DNA of 64,000 bases from Podarcis pityusensis (Eukaryota). Each line of letters opens with the position of its first letter. Within the stretch, counting starts at the first letter, position 1. Where the stretch lies: the NCBI GenBank assembly GCA_964106645.2, contig OZ067047.1; one strand, written 5' to 3'. Position numbers and translations under genes: made by a program. Below are positions 26,291-39,039 of this stretch, in pieces. The notes beneath the pieces were generated by a model, which worked only from the letters and a program-made list of their open reading frames with translations, had not been told where the DNA came from and searched no databases.

Positions 26291-28847
26291 GTGCCCTAAC
26301 AGAAGACTTTTCAACCATTGTGAGTGGGTAGGCAATCCACTGGAAAAGGGGCACTCCACTGCAGACCTTCATTCCAATAGGAGAACATTTCTGGTTCATG
26401 GTGGCTTGTGTCATCAGTACACATGTGCATGGCATGGATCTGGAAGTGGGGGTGTCAAATGCATTGTTTCAGGACATCTGAGCCCCACAATCAGCATGTA
26501 TCAAGAGTTTTAGCCCACACTGCTTTGCCCTCCCATCTGCTCCTCAACCCCAAATGCCATGAGGCTAGTGGAGATAATAGCATGGCTTTCATGTGCTGCG
26601 AGGTCTTCATGACTAGATGTTGGTTGCTGGTCCAATGAAGTGTCTGCCTTTTTGAATGACAACCCTTACTATGAGTATGGGCAGCTATCATGGGCTTCCT
26701 ATCATGAGCTTCCCATGCTACAAAATCCTACTCTTTGAGTCTCCTCATTGCAACTAAGCACAGAGTGAGGTGTGTAACTGTCATGCCAAATTTGCTGTAA
26801 TAGGACATGTGAGTGCGCATGTTCATGACATTATGTGGCACTGGAGATACCACATCACCCAAGAACACAATGAATATGTGGTTGCAGGACAAGGATTCCC
26901 ACCCAGTTTTCTGTGATCATTTATATACAGGTAGAAGACACTATTTTGTCTGCAAGTCAGAGGGATGCAAGTTTGCAAAATATGCATCTGCTTATGGACT
27001 TTTTATCATTCAATCAAGAATTCTGTGAAAGAGTAGTGAACTCTGTCAATTTACTTGAAAGCACAGTTGCATGGATAGTACCTAAGATATAATTATCAAC
27101 ATGTCCAAAACTACAGGTACAGGATCTGGTTCAGAATGAATCACGCTGAAAAATCCAGCTGTCCTTTCTAAAACCCAAGTTTCTACCTCTGAGGACAGCA
27201 GCAGCAAGCTTGAAAATACCATCCACAACTCTGTCTCTCCCATGCAATTAACAGAAACAGCATAAATTAGGCAAAATAAGTAAGCAGCATGCAAATGTGC
27301 ACAATTTGCATAATCTAGACTGCAGGATCTGTGCGGTGTTTGTGGAGTGCCGAATTCAGCTACCTACATGTACGTTTTCACATTTTCTTTTATGCAGACA
27401 ACACTGGATGTGAGAAGCTATGTTGGAAATGTGAGAATATAGCTAAGCATTCCTCCGGAACCCCCCACTGCTTCTGCTTTGCTCAGTTTCGGGTTGTACA
27501 GTATAAGGATACTCTTGTTATTTCAATTTACTGCCTTCCAGGAGAAACAGAACAGGTGGACAATGTGAGAGCCAGCACTCCTTGCAGTGAGAGTCCCTCC
27601 TGTGATCAGAAACCCAGCTGGGAGTATCCAACGGCATTTGGGGCACCTGCTGTGCTTAACAGTGTCCCTGCATTTCAACACAGACAAAGGGAAGACAATA
27701 GACAAAAGGATACAGGGTTGAGATACTCACATCCTCCTCCTACAGAATTTTGATCATTGTCCTTTAATGAAGCAGGCAAATTCTTGCTCTTTGCAATGAC
27801 GCTTAATGCTGTGATCCCTCCTCTTTCAAACAAGCAGTCAAGGAACACAGAGAACTGGGAAAGACACTTGCTTTCGTGATTAGATGGCATGGTCTAAGGC
27901 TCTCAGATGGTACAGTGATGTATGCCAAAAGAAATACCTGATAAGAACCAGATAATCAACGGAACTCTTCTAAGTGTGTTTTTGGCTCTGTGTAGAGCTT
28001 CCCAGGGAGACCATTTTATCGTTCAACTCCTGTTTCCATTTTCACTACAAAGGGAGATGGCAGAAACTGGCTGGCAGGGAAGGACATTGCCTCCTAACAA
28101 AGGCATCCCTGCCACTTACTGAAAGGGACAAGCCGTTGGCGAGGCTGGAACTGTAAAGGCACCCCTCTCCACTGGCCACTCCAGGGGGGTGGCACACCAT
28201 GACTTCATAGGGTTTTGTGGGGAAAATGACGGCCATATGTCCTGCTCTATTTGAAGGTTTCCTGTATATGAAGGAATGTCCAGCAGGAGTCCAGTTGAAG
28301 GATGAAACCCTAAGAAAGGAGAGCAGGGTCCCCAAAGATGCTCATCAACGTCACCTGGAAGTTAGCATCAAGAAAGCAGACACACAGGTCCCTTGTAACA
28401 GTCTTCCACACAATGGTGAAAGGCATGGTATTCCTATTGCTCCACAACTCGGTTTACCCTGTAATAAAGCAGCATATTAGCCCGACGTAGATTAAGAGGC
28501 CATGAAAGAGCTGAGGTGTGAGGACTGCATGTAGCTCCAGCATAGTCTACAGGGTTTTTTATCCCCAAATAAGAAGCATCACACACTCTCTATAATACAT
28601 GACTTGATTGAAAAAGATATTAAATGATTTATTTCTTAGTTTGAGGTGCACTGTAGTCACGAGCTCCTCATTAACTCAATGAGACCACTTATTACAAACC
28701 TCTGCTCCCTTGTTAGAGCCCACATGAAGATCTTGATGCTTGTTTGGGAAGGAAATGGTGTAAATCTGTAAACGTTATTAGAATTCCTGCTTAGATCTTG
28801 ATGGCCTTAAGGCATCTAAGACTCTTGCTATCCTGCAGCAGGAATGG

Positions 28848-29630
28848 CCTTTGTTGGCATCCATCTGTCTCAAGAGACAATGGAGGAGTGAGCCTTTGGA
28901 GCTGAAGTCAAACTGTTGGAAGGTTACAGTGCCTGGTGTGACTGTAGATATACAGGAGAGACATGTTTTGTTGCAGCTGGGGCAGATGAAGGCATCCGGT
29001 TGTGCTGATGCAGATGCACCATGGTGTTTTTTCTCTCTGTGCTCCTCCCAGTGGTCGTTCCTCCTCTGGTCATGGCTATGGATGCACAGCCTGACTGTCA
29101 TGAACACATCTGCCCCAAGTAGAGAAACACAGCATGAGTTAGGAAGCAGTCAGACAGCTGGGAGCAGTCCCCCTCCCCCTGACATGGAATGGGATGTAGA
29201 TAAGGTGTTAGCAGAGAGTGGCAGGGAGAAAAATCAGCTCACTCAAGAAGCACAGGCAGCTTCAGAAAGTAGGAGGGATAGCATTTCCTCACCGGAAGAG
29301 GAGGCAATTAATCCCCTGAGCCGAAAGAGTAGGCGTATGGGAAAGGTATTAGACAGGAAACAAACCCAAGAACATAAGGGTCATAGGTTCAGGATATTCT
29401 GCAGAACCAGGAAGCACTCCTCAGAAGGGTCAACTGACTCGTAAGGCACGGACGTTTGGTTAGACGTCCGAGACCAATTGTTTGTATTGCAATAAATCTT
29501 CAAGCTAATTACGACTTGGCAGCCTGGGCTCCTAACACTGACTGCCTGTCTCCAGTGTCAGTGTCTCCAGCCACCACAGTCATCTGCAAGGGATTCCCAC
29601 ACAGCACCAATATTTTGATAGTAGCACCCT
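28848..29630 (-). mobile_element. RTE 3'-end fragment interrupted by a solo LTR
   Basis: Minus-strand WEEHREKKHHGASASAQPDAFICPSCNKTCLSCI (RTE C-terminal Zn-finger region); a related tail occurs at ~48010-48100. Confidence 0.65.
29096..29537 (+). mobile_element. Solo LTR (442 bp) with an internal ORF
   Basis: TGTCA...TAACA termini; perfect 5-bp TSD CTGAC (29091-29095, 29538-29542); AATAAA at 29491. Confidence 0.8.
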
Positions 29631-29811
29631 TCTCCCGGAAGTATACAATGTGCTTTTTCTGAAAGAGTAAATCAGCAGACATGTATCCTTGGTGCTTGTC
29701 TTGAGGAACATTCCCAAGGTCAGTAACAATTCTAAAAGTTTTGCATTTCTACCATCTGGGTAGAAACCAGCCATTGAAATACCATACAATTTAAGCACAA
29801 ATTCTGTCTGA

Positions 29812-29892
29812 TGTTTGTTTGTTTGTTTGTTTGTTTGTTTGTTTGTTTGTTTGTTTGTTCGGTTGGTTGGTTGGTTGGTTGGTTGGTTGGTT
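29812..29892. repeat. Compound (GTTT)n-(GGTT)n microsatellite
   Basis: Direct reading. Confidence 0.95.
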
Positions 29893-30811
29893 GATTATGT
29901 AAAGTTCCCTTAATGTTCCTGTTTTAATTAAATCTCCTTACAGGGTCCTTTGTTTCATTTTGGACACTTGTCTTCCCTGTGAAAGCTCCTACCATAGGAA
30001 TTTCAAGAAGTCCCTTCCATCTTCATTTGTGGATTGAAGAAAAATGTCAATACATATGCTGCTATATCCCCTGATGTCTTCATAGCCATCAGAGAAGAAG
30101 TGTGGCTTTAGGCGACTCAAAATTGATTTCACATTTTGCATCTTCCCCTTTTCGCTTTCCTATCACCTCTCCTCATAGCACACACATTTGGATTTGCTCT
30201 TTAAAGGCTTGTAGTCTCCGTATTGAGGCTAGAGTTCAAATGTGACTGTGGGAAAAGCAGAGATAAAGTACTTGCAAGCGGATAATCCATGCAAGGGAAA
30301 GTTCAATGTAATATAACCTTAAACCAGGCAATTGGTTCTGCTGAGTAATAATGGGATGATGCTAAAATATTTTTAAATATTGCTGGTACTACTTAACATT
30401 TATTTAGAGGTAGCATTATGCGGAACTCAGCACTATGCAGAGCCCAGAAAGGGGAACAGGAAAAGAAAGGAAATTATTCTCCCTCTTTCTGTCCAAGCAT
30501 TAGAGAGGAGCAGCTAGTGCAGTGCCCTCCAGGTGTTGGACTGATGCTCCCATCATTCCTGATGCTTACTGGGGCTGATAGGAGTTGGATTCCCACAGCA
30601 TCTGGAGGGCAACACATTGGGATTATCCAACAGAACTGACTGGCAGTAGTTTCTGTGCAAACAAAAGAATGCATTTCTTCCCCACACACATACTAAATTC
30701 ACTGAATGTTAGTTCCAGTGCATGTATATTTAGCTCACAGTATCGCTGCATCATTGGTTTTGTAGTCTTTAGGCTGTTTAAAGGTTTAATAGTTCCTATC
30801 CTTGAAGTCAG

Positions 30812-31179
30812 GGGCATGGGTGGCACTGTGGTCTAAATCACAGAGCCTAGGGCTTGCCAATCAGAAGAGCGGCGATTCGAATCCCTGTGATGGGGTGAAC
30901 TCCTGTTGCTTGGTCCCTGCTCCTGCCAACCTAGCAGTTCAAAAGCACGTCAAAGTGCAAGTAGATAAATAGGTACCACTCCGGTAGGAAGGTAAATGGC
31001 GTTTCCATGCACTGCTCTGGTTCACCAGAAGTGGCTTGGTCATGCTGGCCACATGACCCAAAAGCTGTCTGCGGACAAATGCTGGTTTCCTCGGCCTATA
31101 GAGCGAGATGAGTGCGCAACCCAGAGTCATCCACGACTGGACCTAACTGTTAGGGGTAGCTTTACCTTTAGCTTTATGA
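30812..31179 (+). mobile_element. Sauria SINE, full length, older
   Basis: GTGCAAGTAGATAAATAGGTAC core and TTTACCTTTA tail; TSD TTGAAGTCAG (30802-30811, 31180-31189). Confidence 0.9.
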
Positions 31180-31186
31180 TTGAAGT

Positions 31187-31312
31187 CAGTGTTATTTTTC
31201 TAGAAAAAAAGGTGCCGCAACTCACCATGAATGCCTCCTTTGTTCTCTTATAATGGCAATGGCACCCACCTGAGAGGTGCCAAAACTGAGTTCCAGCTGA
31301 CAAAAAGCCCTG
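31187..31312. mobile_element. Short hAT MITE (related copies at 40922-41035 and 44520-44656)
   Basis: CAGTG...GCCCTG termini; TSD CTTGAAGT; internal TAATGGCAATGGCACCCACCTGAGAGGTGCC shared with 44520. Confidence 0.8.
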
Positions 31313-31689
31313 CTTGAAGTCATGAGGTAGACCCTACTTCCTGGGTGGGAGTGTGTTGGATCTTACAAAAGTAAAGCTATTGAAACATTGACACACAACT
31401 TTCTAATGAACCTGGTCTTTTTATCTAAAATTCATTTTAGGCAGAACTTCAGACCAGCCATAGCGAAAGGGCAACACGCAAGCTGGGGAAATGTCTCTGT
31501 GATTTCACCCACAGTCAGGGCTTGAGAGATGGTTTGATGATTGTAAAGACGAGCTTGAAGCTTATGAGGGAGAAGACAGCAGATATGATCATAGCAATTG
31601 GGGAGAAAGTTATTCAGTTCCACATTTGTAGCTTCAGCGACTGAAGCGACAGCAGCAATAATAGGATAGACTCAATTCCAGAGCAGAGA

Positions 31690-31960
31690 TGAAAGTTTCA
31701 GGAACAGGTGCCAAGAGGAAAGGGCAGGTTGTGGAGCTACAGAGGTGGAAGAACTTGCTTGTCATAGGGAAGTAAGGAGGGCAATGGAAGGAAAGTGTCA
31801 AAGATATCTCTAAAACTGAATGCTTTGGAGAGGTGAAATGGTATCTGTGACAAAGAAATATGTCAGGGAGGGAGGGAGGTTTGGGAGAAGAAATGTACTG
31901 GATTTGTTATTTTCAGTTTGAAATGCTGTTGGCACATCCAGAAAAGAAAAAAGTCCTTCA
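31690..31960 (-). mobile_element. Ancient L2 RT fragment
   Basis: Minus strand CTGGATGTGCCAACAGCATTTCAAACTGAA resembles the L2 WM....LKLN motif. Confidence 0.5.
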
Positions 31961-32117
31961 ATATCTTTTGATGCAGTATGCTCATTAGCCAACTATTATT
32001 TAATATTAAAGACCTGGTGTTCACTACTTTATATCCAAATTCACACCTGTGTTTTTCAACAAATTTTGGGGATGATTCGTATTATTTTATATTTAATAAG
32101 AAAACATATAGGATATA

Positions 32118-32576
32118 TGTCAGGTCTGTAGGTGGTTGCTTGCCAGTAAACAGCCAGGACTCCAACCTGTCTTTTCCAGGTTTTATTTAGTGCAACTATT
32201 TACAGTTCAGAGATCCAAAGTTCATGTCTGTCTCAGTCACTTGCAGATTCCGGGAGTGGCTTCATCCTGTTCCCCACCCCACCCCCAGCATAAGAACTTA
32301 GACACCCCAAATCTCTGCCTCCTTTCCTTATGTTTAACCCCCTTGCGAAAACTGGGTGATGGAAGTGGCATGTTTATTTCCCGACCAGCCTGGCTGAGAG
32401 AGGTGCTAAGGCTCAAAGTAACGTCTGTGAGCCTTTGCCTCGCTTTGCCCCTCCTTTCCACCTCTGCTTCTTCGGAGGCTTCACTCTCTCCACTCCCGAC
32501 GAAGCGCTACTGCAGTGTTGGAGGCTCCCTGTACTCTTCTGCCCCCCTCCTCCCTTTCGATGGCAGTACCCTGACA
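32118..32576 (-). mobile_element. Solo LTR (459 bp, Gypsy-like) with an internal reading frame
   Basis: TGTCAGG...CCTGACA inverted termini; minus-strand AATAAA at 32182-32187; imperfect TSD TATA/GATA. Confidence 0.75.
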
Positions 32577-33739
32577 GATATCATAAGCCAGAGTTGGGGG
32601 ACATTTGCCCCTCTAGATTTTGTTGAACTGCAACTACCACCACCGATGAACCAGGCCTGAGGGGAATTGCCCACCTCTCTCCTAAACATTCACTAAGTCA
32701 CTATTTGATCATTGATGCACAGAGACTACAGGGAGAAGGCCAAGTTGTCACTTGAAAAGAAACCCCTCATAGATAAGTAAAATAACTGGTTACATTCCTT
32801 TTATTTTCTCCTGCAGAAGCTGATGGATGCTGGGTCCTTTGTTGGTAAAGTTAATATAAAGGCAAGAGTACCTCTGAACACATGCAATGTGCCTGTCAAG
32901 TACATCTACTACTCATCTCGTACTTGGAAGAAGGGCTTCCAAGTTGTTCAGCAGAGGACTAAAAGGATAATTTAAGGCCTGGGAGTGGGGGTTTGTGATT
33001 TTTTAAAAACTCTGGTTGGAGGAGTTATAAAGGAGCTTGGCAGTCTTCTGGCAGCTAGCCATGCCTTTCTAGGAAAACGTATCTCACACTCTGAGAGCGG
33101 CTGCACCAAATAAACACCAATTTGTAGTACTTTAAATACTAGGAAACCTTCACACCTATGGTTTTTCTAAATGCACTTTAAATCCATTAAAAATCTTTTA
33201 CTCTGCATATAAACAGCCCCGGCACATACACAAAACTCCCACGTGCTCTTACGCATAAATATTTTACACCTCCTTTCAGGATAGTGAAAAGTGTTTAATT
33301 TGCATCTACCACCAGGTCTGTTACCACACTTTCTTTTCTTTTCCCACTGCATAAAACTTTCCCTTCTCCCTCCCACGCCCCTGACTGGCTCCACATCACC
33401 ACAGGTGCATTTCAGGGCTCTTTCATACATGTGCTCTCAAGCACTGATAGTTTACTATGGCAGAACCTTGGGAATAAGTCGCTCACTCCTGTTTCCTTCC
33501 CATCGGAGTGCCTGCTCTGCTGTATCAGCAGTGCGGACAGTACTTCACTGCAGATTTTACTGCTAGAGCAAGGATGGGGAACCTGCAGCCTTCCAGATAC
33601 TTGTTGGGCTCCAGCTCCCATCAGCCCCAGCCAACATAGCCGACTGTCCAGGATAATGAAAGTTGTAGTTCAGCAACATCTGGAAAGTCCACTAGTGCCT
33701 TCATCCCTATGCCTAATTAAACTACCACTGTTCTGAAAA

Positions 33740-34160
33740 GGTATTGGTTGTGTTTAGAGTAGATTAATGAAAGATTTAGAAAACGTATTGATTAGAATAT
33801 GTGTGTGAGATTGTATGGGAAAAATACGGAGTAACAGATACAATCTTGCTTAAAATGTATATAGGAGTGTAAGCTATGGAAGTCAAACAATGGATTATTA
33901 TTATTATTATTATTATTATTTTCATATTGAGATATTTGTAGAATAAATTTGGAAGAAATTCTTCCAACTTTTCTTCTTCTTTTCTCCTTATTTTTTCTCC
34001 TTATTTTTTCTTTTCTTTTTCTGTTTTGTTCCTTTTTTCATATATATGTGCTTATTTGAGATATATACCGGTATGTATGTACGTATTTGCAAAATTTTGC
34101 TTATATTTTGTTACAATTATGTTAAATGAATTAAAAATTTAAAAAATATTTTTTTAAAAA
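33740..34160 (+). mobile_element. Probable L1 3' UTR remnant with an internal (ATT)n
   Basis: AT-rich composition, GGAAGTC motif, T-rich block and A-rich end. Confidence 0.35.
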
Positions 34161-36065
34161 GGAGAGGGAAAGGTACCTGCACATGCTACAGCGGAGCTGA
34201 AAACGCCACCCTCCACTCTATTTGCAGGCAGAAAAGAGAGGATGCACTTCTGTCCTTATTTTCAGGGAGATACTTGTTACATTTGGGGAAAACCTAAAAA
34301 GCAAGGGCTCAGGCTTAGCTGTCATTGTCCCCAACTCTTTTGGCTTCTTTTTAAACTTAATTCTGACACTCCTCCTACTGCAAACCCCAGCAGCTATTTT
34401 GCGTCCCTCCAGGTGTCCTTTTTATTTGTGATGCTTTGTACTCATGATGGTATTGGGGCAGTTAGATGTAATCCCACTTTCTATATTGTTTGCACTTGCA
34501 GAAGTTTTAGTCTTGATGGGACAACCGCTCCACACTCTTATCTCCTCTCCCCCTGTTTTGCTTGACACTCTGTCTGGTGAAGAGTTCTGAGGAGCTCAAA
34601 ACCTTGCTTGTTTCCTTGCAACATTTTTAGTGGGTCCTAAAGGTATTGCCTAGCCGTGGATTTGAGATTAAAGCGAACATATATCTCAAAACAAACAGAG
34701 GGAAGTGATGTAGCTTTGCACTTCTTCTCCAAATTGAAACCGTTCCAGCTGAATCGAGAAAGCAGCATATTCTGTCTTGGGGCAACGCAGCTCACTAATC
34801 CTGGACGTCTTGCCAAATATGCGAGATATGAGAAAACAAAACAATTAAGAGCACAACAACAAGAAGAAAATAAGAAGAGACCAAAAAAAAAAAAGGAGGT
34901 GGGAGGAAGGCGGTGTGCAGCTCTCAGAGGATGGTGTGATTCTCTAAGTCTCCACAACACTAATCAAGCCCCGTAGATTCTAATCTTCGCTGTAATTAAC
35001 TTTATCCAAACGAGCAGCAGGCTGAGTGGCTTTGTCTGGGAGTTCTTCTGGCAATTTAATGTGTCTTGAAAATGACTTGGCACTTCCTGGATGGAGAAGG
35101 AGGAAGGAGAGGAAGATTAATGGGATGCCAAATGTTTATTCCTTCTAATGAAAAGGAACTGCAAAGGAAGTCTTATTGCACTCACACCTGGAATAAAGAG
35201 GCAAGAAGCACTTGCACTAGGGTAGATCAGGGCCACAGATTTATTTAAATGGGGAACCTGAAACTAGACTACTGTGCAAAGGTAAAATTAACATTTGTTG
35301 CTCCGCCCACTTTTCCTGCTGCACCCACCTCCCTGTCACTAGCATGTGGCCCCTGGAAGGTTGCCCAAGAAGGGAATATGGCCCTCAGACTGAAAAGTGA
35401 TCCCTACCACTGCTCTAACCATTTCCCCTCCCCAGATCCCACCCCTGAAAAATCAACCACCAAATATGCAGCAATTTATGGGGGTTTGATCACCACACTT
35501 TTTGCAGTTTCAAGCTCTAATCTATGACCAGCGTGCTAAAAATTTCATTTGCTGGAGTGGGAATCAAGAGAGAAAGAAGTTTAAGTTCCAGTGTTCCAGG
35601 GCCTGCCTGCAGAACTTTCCCTGCTAAAATGACATCTCCTTCCATTTTCTTCAGCTTATGGTTAACTGTGTCTATTATTTCATATCTTGCAGAACTATAA
35701 GTTGAAGGAAACGGAAGGAGCTGACATTTTGGCAGGGAATGTTCTGCAGGCTTTTTGTGTGAATGCGATGACATTCCTTTTTTATTATCTTGATTAATAA
35801 CACAAAGGTGTTGGGGATATTACCATAAACTCCTCCAACATTCTGCTGATCAAAATCAGGACACTGGTTTTTTAGTCCCGAGCTCTCATACGCGAGGCCA
35901 AAAAAAAAATGAGCATCTTTTTTAGTTTGGCACTCTGGCGCGAGCCAGCTGATTCACGCCAGAGCGCCAGACCAAAAATTGGACATTTCATGATCCAGTT
36001 GGAAGCTGAGATAGCTTCTGTAATTCTGGGTTGTCCCACTCAAATTGGGATGGTTTTAGGTTATG

Positions 36066-37335
36066 TATTACATGGTAATATGACAGCAACAATCACAGAT
36101 AACAATGGCTCTCAAAGTGAACCATTCACAGTGGGATCAGGTGTTAAACAGGGTTGTGTTATAGCCCCAACTCTATTTATTATTTTCATTCCCATTATCC
36201 TACACATTGTCAAAGGGAAATGCCCCACCAGGGTAGAAATCTGTATCAAACGGATGAAAAGCTCTTTAACTTGAGTAGGCTGAAAGCAAAGAGTAAGTTT
36301 ACCATAACTTCCATCATAGAGCTTCAATATGCTGATGACAACATAGTGTATGCACGCTCAGCAGATGACCTCCAAACCATCCTAAATATCTTTGCAGAAG
36401 CTTACGAAAAGCTTGGCCTATCGTTCAATACCCAAAAAACCAACGTGCTGCACCAACAAGCACAAAACAACCCCTCTGCAGCACTACAAATCCAGATTAA
36501 CGGTGTAATGTTGGGAAATGTCGATCACTTCTTTCTTCTAGCTGGGCAGCTATCTTTCCACAAGGGCCAACACTGATGCCAAAATCAGCATCGCCTGAGC
36601 TTCACAAGTGCAGCTTTCTCCGGATTGAAGTGCAGAGTGTTTGAGGACATTTGCAGGGAAACCAAAATGCTTGTTTACAAAGCTATTGTACTACCATCCT
36701 TACTGTATGCTTGTGCACCATGGACCACTTATAAACACCATCTCCAACTCCTCGAAAGATTCCATCAACAGTGTCTTCAAAAAATTTTACATATCAGCTG
36801 GGAAGACAGATGAACTAATGCCAGTGTACTGGAAGAAGCAAAGATCACCAGTGTTGAAGCAATGATTCTTCAACATCAACTTCATTGGCTTGGTCATGTT
36901 GTTCGGATGCCTGCTTATCATCTTCCAAAGCAACTACTCTGTTCTGAACTTAAAAATGGAAAGCGTAATGCTGGTGGTCAACAAAAGAGGTTTAAAGACT
37001 CTCTCAAGGCAAATCTTTAAAAATGTAGTATGAACACAGACAATGGGGAAACACTGGCCTGCAAGTGCTCCAGTTGGAGAACAGCCTTTACCAAAGGTGT
37101 CATGGACTTTGAAGACACTCGAACTCAGGACACAAGGGAGAAACATGCTAAGAGGAAGGCACATTTGGCAAACCCTCACCTTGATCAACTCCCACCCAGA
37201 AACCTATGTCCCCACTGTGGAAGGACATGTGAATCCAGAATTGGCCTCCACAGTCACTTACGGACTCACTGTTTAAACCGTGTTCATGGATGACAATCTT
37301 ACTCGGCTACGAGTGATCACCAAATGAGAGGAAGA
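36066..37335 (+). mobile_element. 5'-truncated RTE-clade LINE (RT C-terminal half, degraded)
   Basis: GVKQGCVIAPTLF, LFNLSRLKAKSK, ELQYADD, TKMLVYKAIVLPSLLY, LERFHQQCL and C-terminal CPHCGRTCESRIGLHSHLRTH; several frameshifts and stops. Confidence 0.9.
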
Positions 37336-37524
37336 ACTCTGTTGCCATGTGCGTGATACACATTATCAGAACAAAATGTGCCTATCTATTTTTTGTCATG
37401 TGCATAGGGTAGGTGAATCATGCAAGTGAAAGACATCACCCCAAGCTCCTTGGAAGAAGAATCAAATAAAAGCGGTTAACACTAACATTATGAGATTTTT
37501 ATAGTGCAAAATGAGAGCACTTAC

Positions 37525-37972
37525 ACTTGATCTCTAGGGATAAACTAATCTGTCCATTGCATTTTCTTCCTTATTTTTTTCCAATCTCAAGCCCAGTTCA
37601 TTACATTTTCACATCAGTTTTATTTTTATTTTTTAAAGAAGCCCTCATGAAAATTCATCAACAGTTTAGTGCACATTTCTCCTAATATTTTGGTATGCAA
37701 TTTGGCTTAATGCACACTTTTTTAACAAAGCAATTTTGCCTAATATAATGCATTTTTGTTGTGTTCACTAATATTTTTATACACACTTCCCGTTAATATA
37801 CACATTATGGTTTTTTGGGGGGGTTATTGGAGAACTGCATTGCAAAATTCATAGAGCTATGAATTGCAAAGTATACTGTAGCTCTGTTTTTGTTCATATA
37901 TTGTTTTGGAGAGGTGCAAATTATCTAGACTTGTGTTAAAATGTGAACTGAACTAAATTTCTCCCCAGCCCT
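37525..37972. repeat. AT-rich dispersed repeat, probably a non-autonomous DNA transposon (related copies ~23040-23340, ~47570-47957, ~56620-56760)
   Basis: Shared AAGCCCTCATGAAAATT, GGAGAACTGCATTGCAAAATTCA and TAGGG/CCCT-type ends among copies. Confidence 0.55.
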
Positions 37973-39039
37973 GGTGTTGGCTACTGGGCAGTTGGGGAAA
38001 TTATTTATATGATGATCCTCCTGCTAAAGAACAGATTTCAACATAAAGATCTGGACTGTTCAGAAGTCAAAGGATTGTTCTTCCACAAGAAACTGAGACA
38101 ACGATTGCAACAAATAGTCAGTCTTTTTGTTTCTTGCCTTACATATACTGAAGTGAGCTGACACCTCCCTTTGAAGCAGTGATATCATATTAGTTTGCAG
38201 CCACTACACCTGAGTGTTGCCTCAGGCAGGCCAAATACAAATATAAGATTTGAACGGATTTAAAAATAATCAGGTGAAATAATGCAAAAGCTATTTCAAA
38301 ATGTCAAACCTAAGATTTTTCAATTAGGTGTGTTGCAGGGTAAAATGACGGGAGAAAACAGAAATGATTTTCTAGGTGGCTAGTCTAATTCTTGGAACAA
38401 GTTGATGCAAATCATTCCCTCCCTCTCTTTCCCTATTCCCCACTTGTCATTGCTTCTGGGAATGACTGATCAGCATCTGCCACATGTCCACAACTGCATC
38501 TGGAATGCTTGTATAATATGGTTACATATTCTGTGCGGGCCAAATTCTACATAAGCTTCTGAGTCCAAGCTTAATGCTGCTGATGAAAAAGGAGTGTTTT
38601 GGCTTTTGTTACTGCATCGAAGGCCATTGCCCTTCATATGTTTGACATCCTGCCCATCTGGATCACGGTAGATGCCGGAGGTCTGCAAATGTCCAAATAA
38701 GAAACATGAAGACATCACAATAATGACCTGGTGTCAGTTACATTGCATTTCTTGTTCTGCTAGAAATAGTCAATGGCACAGACAAAGATTGACCATGTAT
38801 CCAACTATTTTTGCTTTCAGATTATTGGTGGCATGCATTTGATGTTTGTTCTCAGCACAGGGTGGCTAGCACCACTCTAGGCCATTGTGGGAAATTTTAA
38901 TGGCAGTGTGGGGTCCTTGCAGCTGCCCAGGGCTGGGGGTATTCTGTGTCTTATCACTGGGCCTGATTCTATGCATTCTCGGGATTTCACAATTATTAAC
39001 AATAATCAACAAAACTGCTCCAGAAAAATGTCGGCAAAT

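Noticed and set aside
26330-26380. GHSTADL resembling a Penelope GIY-YIG motif
   Set aside because: Too short, with no flanking similarity.
28851-29095. N-terminal half of the 197-aa plus-strand ORF as part of a host gene
   Set aside because: It is the antisense reading of an RTE 3' end that happens to be in frame with the LTR ORF starting at 29097.
29183-29220. MEWDVDKVLAE resembling the start of a chromodomain
   Set aside because: The downstream chromodomain core (YLVKWKG) is absent.
38470-38690. Possible minus-strand exon after a TTTGCAG acceptor-like site (TSGIYRDPDGQDVK...)
   Set aside because: No recognisable protein similarity, no convincing donor and no partner exons.
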